DNA of 64,000 nucleotides from the NCBI GenBank assembly GCA_045837725.1, contig JBEWZL010000056.1:186001-250000 (forward strand), given 5' to 3'. Both the position numbers and the translations under genes were made by a program. The notes beneath the pieces were generated by a model that made no database searches, was not told the origin of the DNA, and worked only from the letters and a program-made list of their open reading frames with translations. This DNA is from Vermamoeba vermiformis (taxonomy: Eukaryota). Shown piece after piece: positions 1 to 11,623 of this stretch; within the stretch, counting starts at the first letter, position 1; the number at the start of each line of letters is the position of its first letter.

Positions 1-3000
1 AGTCAAACGACCGCCCAAAGTAGGCCACAATCCTCCTAGAATTCTGTGTAACAAAATCATTATTAGCATCAAGCACGCGACGATATCAAATTAATCATGA
101 ATAATCTAATTTGCGCGTGGCGGAGTTAGTAAGGAAATTTTACCTGAACATCGAGGACTTGCCGCAGCCGTTAGGGCCAGTGATCAGCAAATGCATGCCC
201 ATCTTGATCTCAAAGTTGAGTTTCTAACATAGAGATTAGCATAATCATTGCTGTGTTTTGTAATATTTGTAAATAAAACACTTTGTACGGAACCCATCCG
301 CATCTGGGCTTGCAAACTTTCAAACAAGGAGCGGTATAATTTAGTATCAAAATATATAAATTATTATGTTTATGCCGATTTAGCACATCTTATATTTACC
401 AATCATGACAAATATGGAAATTTCAATTCGAAAGGATTGCTTACCTCGACCAACACATCTCCGTTTGGAGATACAATAGGCACGTCTTCAAACTTAACAA
501 AATCGCCTTCTTCGACGAGACCGCGTTGCTTACGAATATCTACGCCTTCTTCTTGCGCAACACCACGCTTAAAGTACTTGCCGCCAGAGACATCCTTAAA
601 TACGGAAATCATTTCGTGGACCCGGGCTGTGTATCCCGCTAACTCCGAAACTTCTTTAAAAGCGAGCATAATACGTTCAATAGCTTCGGCAGCATTGCTC
701 TATAATTAGAAGCAACGTTAGGAAAAGTTTTTTTGTTACGCATTTCATGAAAAAAGAATTTTCAAAGTCTCAAAGTGCACGTATTAACCCAAATATAACT
801 CCAACTGAATATGCCTGATTAGGAATACGTATCTCTACTTACCAATAAACCCTTAGCGGTAATGTAGTCCTTCGTCCTAGTGCTGATCGCGTCACCGGTA
901 GTTGCCACAGTATCTCTCTTTTCGAAGAAGAACGAAGGAATAGCAATAATTAATAGACCAGTAGCGCTCCACACGTATTTCATGAAGAAACCTGAAATAA
1001 AAATTTAAATTGGGCACGCGATCCAAATTGTGGTTAAATTTGGTCATCTTTGAGTAGAATTGTACTCTAACGATATTATAACATTGTGGGACCTATAATC
1101 GCGCTAGTAAATCCGATTTAATAACCCTGATCTAAAAATATCGTAAAATGAATCGGATTTTTCACTCGCCAGATCGAAGGTTGTTAAAATTAACTTTTAA
1201 GCTTAAAATAGCATCGGGACTTACCCTCGAACATGTTGTAGGGAACGCGCTTCCAGAAAATAACGTTCATGTGTTTCACAAGGGCTAAATATGCTCTTTG
1301 GAGTACGCTCTAAAAATACAAATTTAAATCATAGGCTCAAAGGCTATTTAAATCTAAACTTACTTGTTCAATCTGCTGGCCTCTATAGAACGAGATTTCT
1401 TCGGCGTTGGTTATCAGTCTAGAATGGACAAATCGCAGATCGCCTTCCAATTGAGCTTGGCTAAAGGTGAAAATTAGTATTAAGTAATTAACTGTCAATC
1501 TATGCGAGTAATTGCTAAATTTTTTCTGATGTTTGGCATTACGTAATTCAAAAACGAGTTGTTCCGTCGAAATTGAAAGCGCAATCCACCAGTAAATTCC
1601 AATATTTGAAAATAGCATGCCGATAAACCGGCGTCTAAAAATAACATAAAATTTACTTACGTAGCGGCTAATTTGCCGAAAGGTGGTTGGATCAACTTGA
1701 GGAACTGAGCCGTCGAATAAATGACGACAATTGTCAACAAAGCAGGTGCAATAGTGCTAGAACCACCAGCGCGTCTATATGATAATATAATATTAATATT
1801 TGTTCTCAAATAGGAAAACTAAATTTTGACACTTTTGACTGTGTCGCGTGATTGAGGCCAACTTCGATGATGTTTTGGTACGTACTGTCTAACACTGAAG
1901 TATAACTGAACTGTGATCAAAATAATATCCAACAAGGGCTTGGAGATCTATACAATAAATCGTTAATAATCGTTTTCTAAAGTACGAAAATTATGCTGGA
2001 TCTGACGTGTACAAGCACTCAAAATCATCGAAAGAAATGCTGTACTATTGCTGAATATGGTTATAATAGTTATGACGCGTACCTGTGAGTGCAAGTGAGC
2101 CAAAAATGAGCAGAAGCGAGATACGTCTTCAGTCAAACACTGATCTGGATTTGACAACCGACTGTCCAAGTTGGAAACACTACAAATAGCCACATTAGTA
2201 TTACGCTCGAGTGTTAATATTATTAATTCATTATTTATAATCGATGTACCTGTAGTAAACTTGGTTCTTCATATAGAGGTCGTAAGCATAGTTAACGAGA
2301 CGAGTTCTGAAGGCAATGCTCAATTTGCTTTCCAAGAACTACAATAGTGAATTATTAATATGATGTGTATAAAAAGACACTAAAATGTGATTTTCTAGAT
2401 GGATCTAGTCTACGAGTCACGCAGGTCTGAAATTACAATGGGATTTGGCTCACATTGGGGTATATGAAATAAATATACGTACTCTGATCATGCTGTTAAT
2501 ATAGGTAGCGGGCAAAGCAACGCCAAGCCAAAAAGCCAGGTAATAGGCAAATCCCTTCGGATTGCGATCGACCAAAGTTTTGACGAGTGCTCCGTCGAGT
2601 TTAGCTACATAAATACTATTGCACGTTAGTATCATGTATAGGAAGATAAAATATGACAAAGATCTTGATACACAAATAGCCGTTACAAAGATCTAGATTC
2701 GTGTTGCGGGATCGATATTTAAATTGTTATATTGCCATCTATAATCTGATTCCTTTCGTGATAAATCATTTTGATGAATTTAAAGCTATTCCGTGTCAAA
2801 TGACACGATGCAGAGCGCAACAGAAGTTCAGATGTGTTTCGTTTCGGCGGATCGAGCAATATTTTTGCGTAAAGCAGCTTACCTCAAGAAAGTTCGAACA
2901 GCCAACGATGCAGTATGAAGTACTAGCAATAAAAATTCTTTGCTCTTAACGCCAGGCAAGACAATTTTGAGCAGCTCCTTCAATTGCGTATAGAACTCTT

Positions 3001-3438
3001 TATTTAAAGCAAATTTCTTCCTTCCAGTCGTGTCCTACGATTAAATATTGAATTAATATCATGCGCAACGTATAATCTAATAATTAATTGATTTTAGGGC
3101 GTAATTTAGTGTGAAAGTTGTCGATTCGCTTAGCCGTCGAGCAATAATACTCGATTAAGCCAAACTAATTACTCCGAATATTGTTTATTTATTTGGGATA
3201 CTAGGAGTCTCAAAAATTGCCAATTTATTGCGTGGATGGATTGAATCGTAAATCTAGATTCAATCGCTCTTTGTCGTGCTTTACTTACAGTAGGTGCAGC
3301 AATTGGTTTTTTAGGAAGTTTGCTACGTCTATAATAATATGCTACGGTGAAAGCAGCTACTGCGACCGCGATCTTGTTTCGATGCGGGTTAAGTTGGTTC
3401 ACCTTCGACAAAAGACTCTCTAACCACGCTGATGACAT
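1..3438 (-). CDS. ABCD: Peroxisomal ABC half-transporter (ABCD/PMP70 family); multi-exon, 3' end runs off the window
   Basis: Spliced exons give [40 protein letters not shown] (EAA-like), [12 protein letters not shown], Walker [15 protein letters not shown] (144-226) and [12 protein letters not shown] at the window edge. ATG at 3438. Confidence 0.95.
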
Positions 3439-3615
3439 GGTATTATTAGTCTTGTGTTCGTTTTAACTGGGAAATTGCTCTTTAGCGAATGTTTGAACGT
3501 GTAAATTGTTCGGTCGTAAAGCCCCGTGGATTCACACCAAAAAGTCCGCCGAAAAGTCGATTTGTAATTACTGTGCAATATTTGGAGCGACAATAACATC
3601 ACGCAGGTGAAATTA

Positions 3616-5053
3616 ATGGAAAAAACGATCATTGACAACAGCCTGATCAAATTCCTACTGCAGTTGCACCACAATACCAACAAAAACAACAATAATGGGT
3701 ATTTAATATGGAGTCACGAGCTAGCTCATGCATTGGTAAGTATGCGTTGCTTTTAATCGCGAAAGAAACGGATGGTAAATCCACTTTTGCCATTTCTCTC
3801 CCAAAATAATTTAAAAAATCTGATAAATATTATTTTACGCTTTTTTGAGTATATTTATACATACAAAACATATTTATTAACGTAAATAATAATGTCAGAG
3901 TTTGGATCAAATTGGCGTTTCTGCGTGTGGCCCTACAGCCGTGTATAATGTCCTGAGCGCATTAGCAGGCCGTTCAATATTTGCATTAAACGGTGAAAAT
4001 GAAGATAACATGACTAATAACACTGAAGAATCTGAAGAGCAAAACGATCAGATCCCGTTAATCGACCCACAAACCTTATTGCAATTATTACCCGCACGAT
4101 TACGAAATTACGAAGCACCTTTAGTAGTAAGTATAATTTATCGTCATAAAACACGATGACTAATGACACTTAGGAATATTTAATTAGTAGGATCAAAGCT
4201 GGAACAATCCATCAAGATTTAATCGATGGAATTACTAGTATATCAGATAACAAAGTATCAGGTAATATAGAAATAGTGTTATTATGAACATTAGAATTTT
4301 TAGAGTCAAGATCTAACTCGCGGATCTTCGATCAGGTTTTTTCTTTCAGTTTCCAGCGAATATTTCCGAGAAAGAATTGTATGAATGGTTTATATACTGG
4401 CTAAAAAGAGATACAGTACCAGTAGCAACAGAAAATTTGATGATTTTAGGAAATGACGCTTGGCATCATCAAATGATCTACGGTGTCGAAAGAATTCCAA
4501 AAACAAAGTTCAGAGCGGTCAAATCAGCAAATAATGATAGTACTAATAGCGACGATTATTTGTATAAAGTATACGCGACGAACCCAATGGAACCGATCTC
4601 CATGAACATATTAAAAGAAACAATTACTTCAGAGCCGTTCATGCAAATACCAGCGAGTCATGTGAGCGAAAGATACTCGCATGATCAGCGCAAAATGAAA
4701 TTTCAATTGTTAGAAGACGAATTATTCAAAGAAACTACAGTCGTGGATCAGATCAAAGGAATTTTTGCTAATGAATGCCCTGACGACCTTCAATGTAAGC
4801 AATCGATTAATTATATAACCTTTAATAACAAGTTCATTGTATAGATGCAAACGTCGAGCCTAATAACTCGCCATATATTTATTTGCCGTGGGGAGGATTG
4901 GCTGGAATAACTTTATTTTGCAAAACGAATAGTTTGGCGTTTGATCAATTAATGGAGTACCAAAACAAGCACTCTACTAATGTATATTTACCTGCTTATA
5001 AGAAGAGCGTGGTTGTTTGTAAGTATTCCAAAATGAACGATCCGATCAGTTGA
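3616..5053 (+). CDS. Uncharacterised protein with a putative papain-fold (C39-like) Cys/His catalytic pair; multi-exon
   Basis: Exon 1 (3616-3735) splices into LDQIGVSACGPTAVYNVL; later NDAWHHQMIYGV and VYATNP. Stop at 5051-5053. Confidence 0.6.
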
Positions 5054-5141
5054 AAATAAAAATTCAATTTAAGAATCAAAGCTTATTTATAGAAATATTA
5101 TATTACAAGAGCTACACGTGCGACTATATAATTAGAAGATC

Positions 5142-6100
5142 TTATTTCTTCTTCTTATAAGCCTTTTTCTTTGGAGTTGTTTTTTTCTCCTCTTCGGATG
5201 AGGGATCTGCCTCTTTAGCTTTCTTATTGTTAGCCTTAGTTTGTTTAACCTTAGCAGAAGCGTTCTTTTTGTTATTCTTAGCTGGCTTTTGTTCCTCAGA
5301 CTCGCTCTTTTCTGAAGCTGATCCGGATGCGCTTTCTTCAGCCGATTCAGACTCTTCGCTAACTTCTTTTTTAGCAGCCTTTCCTTTCTTAGGAGCATGT
5401 TTACTAGCCTTAGAGGACTTCTTAACATTCTTCTTCGGTTTCTCCTCGGATTCAGACTCGCTCTTTTCAGATGCGGACTGTTGTTCTTCATCTGACTTTT
5501 CTTCCTCGCTCTCAGCCTTCTTTACGCTCTTCTTTGCTTTTTTAGGCGTTTCTTTGGCCTTGGCCTTCTTAGTGGACTTTTTAGGTTTCTCTTCAGATTC
5601 GGACTTGTGATCTGATTTCTCTTCCTCGCTTTCTTCGTGCTTCTTGCTCTTCTTTGATGAAGTGCCCTTTTTAGACTTAGAAGTAGCGTTGGATTTCTTA
5701 TTAGCAGATTTCTTCGGGCTCTCTTCAGATTCGCTCTTTTCAGATGCACTTTCCTCAGCTGACTCCTCTTTGTCCTCCTTAGTCTGCTTCTTGCTCTTCT
5801 TATTTTGTGCAGCAGAAGACTTCTTGGCAGTAGTCTTCTTTGTAGCTTTCACTGGCTTCTCTTCGGATTCGGAGTCGTCCTGCTCGGATGCAGCGCTCTC
5901 TTCAGCTGACTCTTCCTTTTCTGCCTTTTGCTGCTGCTTACTTTTCTTATTATTCTTAGAGACTTTAGCAGGAGACCTCTTAGGCGTAGCCTTCTTCGTG
6001 GCTTGAGCAGGTTTTTCTTCGGATTCACTTTTAGATCGGGCTTCTTCCTTGACCGATTTTTGTTCTCCGTCAGACACCTCCATCTCCATTAATACATCGT
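5142..6100 (-). repeat. Coding degenerate repeats with alternating acidic SEEE and basic KK blocks
   Basis: Recurrent EESASEKSESEE-K-P-K units. The + strand DNA unit ga(c/t)tcgctcttttc recurs at about 5299, 5455 and 5728. Confidence 0.85.
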
Positions 6101-7357
6101 CTGAAGAAGGTTGCTCCTTAGTCTCAACAACGACTTCTTTTTGAGCTTCAGTTGCGTCGTTTTCATTGTCGCTAAGATTGGCTTCAAAACTGACTTCCAT
6201 GGCATCAGGCGAGTCTTCTTTCGGCGCTGAATCTTGGTGCAACGACACTTCAGCAGTCTGCGGCTCAGATTCATTTGAGGATTGTTCTTCTTCATTGATC
6301 TCGACGGTGGCACGTTGAGTCGGTTCATTGTCAGAACGAACTGACTGCTCTTCGGAGTTATAAGACTCAGTGCGTGCTTTTTTGGCTTCTCTAAGAGCTT
6401 CGTCAATGTCCCAGTCATCTTCTGCGGCACTAACAACCGGTTGTTGTGGCGGAGGTCGGATCGCACCTTGTGCCATGCGTTCTTGTCGCTTTCTAAGCGC
6501 CTATTCGAACATTAATTAGCATATTATAATACCTACATGATTTTTAAGTTAGTTAATACCTCTTGGCGTTTCGCTTCAATGAGTTTTCGTTGCTCTTCGG
6601 TCAAACCTCCACTGCTTGGAGTAGCTGGTGCAGGAGTGACGTTAGTGTTGTTAGCCATAGGAGCGAATGACTCTGGCTCGGGCATGGGATCGTTAAAGTG
6701 CTCAGCAAGGAACGAGGTGTCTTCTTCCTCCATTTGATCTTTGGGCGGAACGACGGATGCAGTTGCTTCGGATCTGAGCGCACCGTCCTCATCACGAATG
6801 CTTTGCATAGCTTTCTAATAATAAGAAGCATTAAACACGTATCGTAATACGGAGATCACGATCATAGTTAGGCAGATGCGTAATTTAAACTTAAGTTTCG
6901 CATTTCAGCTGGACATACTCTAACCAGGAGATTATTGCTCATTTTCTCTACTTTTTCAACTAATTCGTCAAATTCTGCTGCGGGATAAAGTTGCTTGCCC
7001 CACTCTTCGTAGATTTGTAAAAATGCATTCAGATTCAATCCCTACAAGTTCAAATATTAAAAAATTTTCTATAATATTCTATACTAATACCTCTTTCCCG
7101 TGCTTATTATCAACGCGGTTCGCGTAATTAACCACAGCAGGACCTAATTTTAATAATCCTTTCGTGCCCACGAGCATTTCAGCAGTAAATTGCGGACGCT
7201 TGCGTTTTTGTTTAGCTACAATAGATTGGACTCTAGAGGTAAGTTGTGGGCCTTCCTTTCCTCGAGAAACGCGAGATGTAGCTGATTTGGGTTCAGCAAC
7301 GCTCGGTTCCTCATCGCTGATAGCTTCGTTTAAATTATTATAATCCACGTCAGCCAT
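5142..7357 (-). CDS. TIPIN: TIPIN/Swi3/Csm3 replication fork protection factor with a long K/E/S-rich C-terminal tail; 4 exons
   Basis: KRPQFTAEMLVGTKGLLKL and YEEWGKQLYPAAEFDELVEKVEK resemble the Swi3 domain. LTEEQRKLIEAKRQEALRKRQER resembles the RPA32-binding motif. Confidence 0.8.
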
Positions 7358-7939
7358 TGTGGTTTGATAAAATTAAATACTAAACTGAAGATGGAAAATT
7401 AGTTTAAATTACGCAACGGTAACTTTTGGCGCAATTTCTTGCAACTCCCTTTTTTGACTTTAATTCCTCTCTTGCCCTTAATTGATATAACAATATACAT
7501 GTATAACGCGTCTTAGCTTATATATCAACGGGGTATTCCAGTACAAGCATATAGAAACGCACAGCGAAAGCGCATCGTGGATGGAAAAGTTTCGAGACCA
7601 AGTGAGCAGATGATTACAATCTTTAATAATAAAGAATTACGAGATAATTAATACGTAATGAGCTACGCAGGCAGGTATCTAATAGAATATTTCCGGAAAC
7701 TGCAGCTTTTTTGGTAGCCGAGTATTGCATTAATTTATTTTTAGATATGGAATCGTTCTTTACCTCGCTTTCTGCTACGTCAAAGCATGATCCACTATGG
7801 AAAAGCTTGCTATAATTGTTTCAGTCGAACCGACGGATGTGCACGATCCAATGAGCGACGCTCAGGTGATTGTAATCTTTTAGCTTCTTTGCCGGCTAAT
7901 TATTTTACGCGAATCACTGAATATCACTGAGAGATTTAA

Positions 7940-9580
7940 TTAAATTTTATTTTCAGCCTTTACGTCACCGTTTCTCATTTTCGGCGATAAACTCCGATAA
8001 CATTCTCATAAGACCATCGGGATTATCTACGTGCACCCAATGACCCGCATTCTCGAGAGTATACAGTTTAGTACGATCATTACTGACTTTGGATACTTCA
8101 TTAAATTTTGTTAAAATATCCGGCGTCCTAAATTGAATAAATCCGCGTTAAGAAAGCAATATTTTCAATGAACGTGCAGAACAGATCCTGCGTTCACTTA
8201 AAGGCTTACCATCGGCTTGATTTTTCGGCTCGGACGTATTTAATCTTCATATTCCCCGGAGGATTGCTCAAGTAATCCCACATGCATTCTTGCTTGTACG
8301 ACTTGAACATCTCTTCAATATTATCAAGGTTAAATTTCCAATCCATGTTTTTGCCGTCCGTGTATCTAACAATAAATAAGAATCTATTAATATTGCTAAA
8401 AAGCAGCGAATGATTATTTACAACGTACTTCAAGTTAGTCGTCATCCAGGATGCGAAGATCGGACCGAATTTGTGCGTCTCAATCAGCTCTTTTTTGAGC
8501 GAATCTCGATCCGTGATGGGTATTTTGATAGACTTCAAGGCTCGCAAGACCTAAAGCGAGAAATCAGTTTTATGAAATTGCCTTTAAAGGCCTCGAGTGT
8601 CAAATATGTCATCCGATAACTTACCTCGCCAATATGACTGCCTTGAAAACTGCCCATCAAATTTTTTTCTTCGACTGTCGTCGGGTATGTGTCTAGAACC
8701 CACACCTGCATAATAAATACATTATTTCATCTTACTATACCAAGTATCTCGGGTATGAGATTTGCCACAGTTTGGCAAGTTCGGTCTAAATTTGGCAGAT
8801 CACCGAAAAACCGCTTGCTGCGATTCCCAACGCTCTCTAAGCGCAGTCATATCATTATACACATGTGCGTAATGCTTACTTGTTGCGGCAACGGCATTTT
8901 GTTCGCATTGCGCAGTTCAGTGAATTTCAAGCCCACTTTTCCGCCAAAGGAATGACCCAGCACGTAATTTGGTGAAACCTGGTAGTGATCTACTAGCTTC
9001 ATAATGTCATTAGCACACGACAGTAGCGTATGCGGGGGGTTAGCGCCCTGGAATTTTCCGGTGTTAGTGGATCCTTGCGGCGGAGATACTGATCTTACGT
9101 GAGAATCTCCATGATTGCGCAAGTCGACAAGCAAGAAGCTCAATTTGGGGTGCTTTTCTGAAAACTTCTTGATAAAGAAGTACCAGTTGCGACGGTACCC
9201 AAGAAGCCCGTGCAATACAACGGCGACACGATCTGTCATATAAAATTAGAGAATTCTAACGTAAAAAAATACAATTTTAATATTAAAAAACCGCAGAATC
9301 GATTTGATGTACTAAACAAGCGTTTTTGACTGTGCAGGTGGAGTTATAGATTTTTGCCGAGATCCCAATAAATTATCTAATTTTCTGCGGCAGGGAAAAA
9401 TGGTATTGTGTGCGTTTATAAAGTACCTCGGTTACTATGTCCTAGCCACTCGTGAGCGGGAATAAATCCGGTGTTGGCGCAATAAGATCGGCTATGCCGA
9501 AAAGATTGAAAAACGGCTTTGTTTTTCCGTTGCAATGGCGATCTACCGCCTAGTCTAAACAACTTATGCAAGGTGTTCAT
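7940..9580 (-). CDS. Alpha/beta hydrolase, ABHD11-like, with a probable mitochondrial presequence; multi-exon
   Basis: VVLHGLLG, DLRNHGDS, nucleophile GHSFGG, SWMTTNL, WKFNL, LENAGHWVHVDNPDGL. The N-terminus MNTLHKLFRLGGRS is Arg-rich and acid-poor. Confidence 0.88.
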
Positions 9581-10316
9581 ATTGTATCACCATTTGTGCG
9601 TTGTAATTGCCGATCAGCAAAATTGAATTTCTTACTTTACCTCCAAACTCATAGACGCAAAATGAAAGTCATTAACTATCGGTTACGTGCACCGAAAACA
9701 TCACTTTGGTATGGATAACGTCCATTTCCACGGTGGATTGCCGCCCGCATCCTCTTTCGAATTTGTAAATTCCGCGGGAGTATTATTGGGAGTTTTGTAT
9801 TCCATCTTGCATGTATGCTTCATGAAACGTGACGAACTAAAATTAAAAACAGAAAAAGCACTAATTTGGGCTCTTTCTTAATATAGTTAATTTCCCCTGG
9901 AACAGGCTTACTACTTTCGATAGCGCGATCGTAATGCTTCCTCTCATGAGGAGTAATAATCGGACGATGTAGGCTCCCAGTTTCAAAATTAAAAATTGAT
10001 TGAATTCATCCCGGCAGCATAGTTTGAAGCGCAGCTCAGCATTTTTCGAGAGTACATCCGTAACATTTTTTCAGTCAATTTTGGGTTCTATTTGAAAGAG
10101 GAAAACCTTAAAACCTGAAGATTGTATCTCCCGTGTGAACTGCGGTGATTTTACTAACTTGGCTAAGTTCACATTACATCGAGAAAAGTCTAAATTAGTA
10201 AGGGTATATTTTTAGCGCTGCGTTTGACATAAAACAGCAAGTCAAAAAATGTTACTTATTATTCTCTTATCAAACAGGTGACCACAAGCCGATCGTCATC
10301 GCTAATCCACAACAAA

Positions 10317-11183
10317 ATGTCAAACCTTAAGCGAACTGCTGCTAGTGCCGAACTGGATGAGGCACAAAGCTCACCTAGAAAGCGTGCGCGCATGAACAAC
10401 TCGGAGCACCTCAAGCTGCTTGGCGTGGTTCCTTCAATGACCATTCCTACTTGTGCTAAGACCTCGCCTGAACCCGGAATCGTGGAGTCAATCAAACACA
10501 TCTTGCAAAGTGGTTTGAAATCCCAAAAACAAATAGCGTCTGAGTGCGGCCTAAGGTATGATCACTTAGTTAAGAAGTTAAATTTTGATTCAAACACAAT
10601 ATTTGTCCTATTGCAGTTACGCAAAAGATATGACAAGTTGCCTGAAGACTTCACATTTTTCAGTCAATTTCTAACTTTCCTTTCTTACAGTCAAACTAAA
10701 ATGAGTCAGTTCATGAATGGCGCTGCTCGTACAAAGGGCTGGGGAGCTGTAGAAACGAAGATGCTCTCGTGGTTGGCGGATTTCCGAGGCCAGCAAAAGC
10801 ATCTGATCGAATTGCAAGCGGAACAGGCCCAAAAAACAGCTGTGGACACCATAATCGACAAATCGCGCGTTGAGGCACGAGTCAAGAACGTCTACAACCC
10901 GACTCAGCGTTGCATTGCCTCCGGAGCTACATCTCAATCCGCAGAGGAGAATTGTGAACCCGCCAACGACTGGTCGCCTGGTCACTACTCGAGCTCGTTT
11001 GATTCTCCCAGCTTCTATTGGGAAACGATGACGCCAGACGCGAGCCATGACCTCTCAAATTTTGAACTTGATTTGAGCTTGGATGCTGAATCCGATAGTA
11101 AGCTCGAATGGGATACTTCCGACAGCTTTAATTGGAACGAATTTACCATTGGCCAAGCCTTGGGCAGCTATTTTGTAAATTAA
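10317..11183 (+). CDS. Small nuclear helix-turn-helix protein (lambda-repressor/XRE-like) with an acidic C-terminus; one intron at 10556-10690
   Basis: Splicing yields KSQKQIASECGLSQTKMSQFMNG. NLS-like PRKRAR near the N-terminus and an acidic/aromatic tail resembling an activation domain. Confidence 0.65.
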   Translation: MSNLKRTAASAELDEAQSSPRKRARMNNSEHLKLLGVVPSMTIPTCAKTSPEPGIVESIKHILQSGLKSQKQIASECGLRYDHLVKKLNFDSNTIFVLLQLRKRYDKLPEDFTFFSQFLTFLSYSQTKMSQFMNGAARTKGWGAVETKMLSWLADFRGQQKHLIELQAEQAQKTAVDTIIDKSRVEARVKNVYNPTQRCIASGATSQSAEENCEPANDWSPGHYSSSFDSPSFYWETMTPDASHDLSNFELDLSLDAESDSKLEWDTSDSFNWNEFTIGQALGSYFVN

Positions 11184-11623
11184 TGACTTTTTAAATTGTA
11201 TAAATCTAACTCCCTTGTAAAATAAAATGTAATCTCAGTGTTTATAGTACGACTAGACTCTTATAATAATCAACCAATATTCTTGCGTTGCAAAAAGGGC
11301 TTACCAGAGAAAATTTTGGGTTGGCGTGCCATTATTGGCTGTTCGTTTGTTTCCCGATCTTTTCTTTTTGCTGTGACACGTCTATATTTAACACCTGCAC
11401 TTTATAAATTGTACGAAGGTAATTATTTTGGTTGTAGCATGGAAGCAAACGCAGAAGAAAATGAATGATTTGGCGCGGGAAAAAACTCGGGTTAAATTAG
11501 TCGAACCATTTAATCTATTGATGATTGTAATACACCACCATTAATTGCAAATGATATAAAGCTTGCACTCAGTCACCTGGAATATTTGTTTTCGCCGAGA
11601 CACCAAACAGATTCGGCAGAGAG

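Noticed and set aside
1084-1091. Isolated DUSE-like TCCCACAA in an ABCD intron
   Set aside because: It lacks the extended CCAG..ACA context and no RNA-like sequence follows 60 nt downstream.
5132-6466. Overlapping ORFs on both strands (5132-5491, 5227-5610, 5644-6006, 6089-6466)
   Set aside because: Shadow frames of the low-complexity TIPIN tail.
7400-7930. Possible small spliced + strand gene (MEKFRDQ|IWNRSLP.., about 68 aa) or ncRNA
   Set aside because: Splice-like signals exist, but there is no recognisable product, promoter element or RNA motif.
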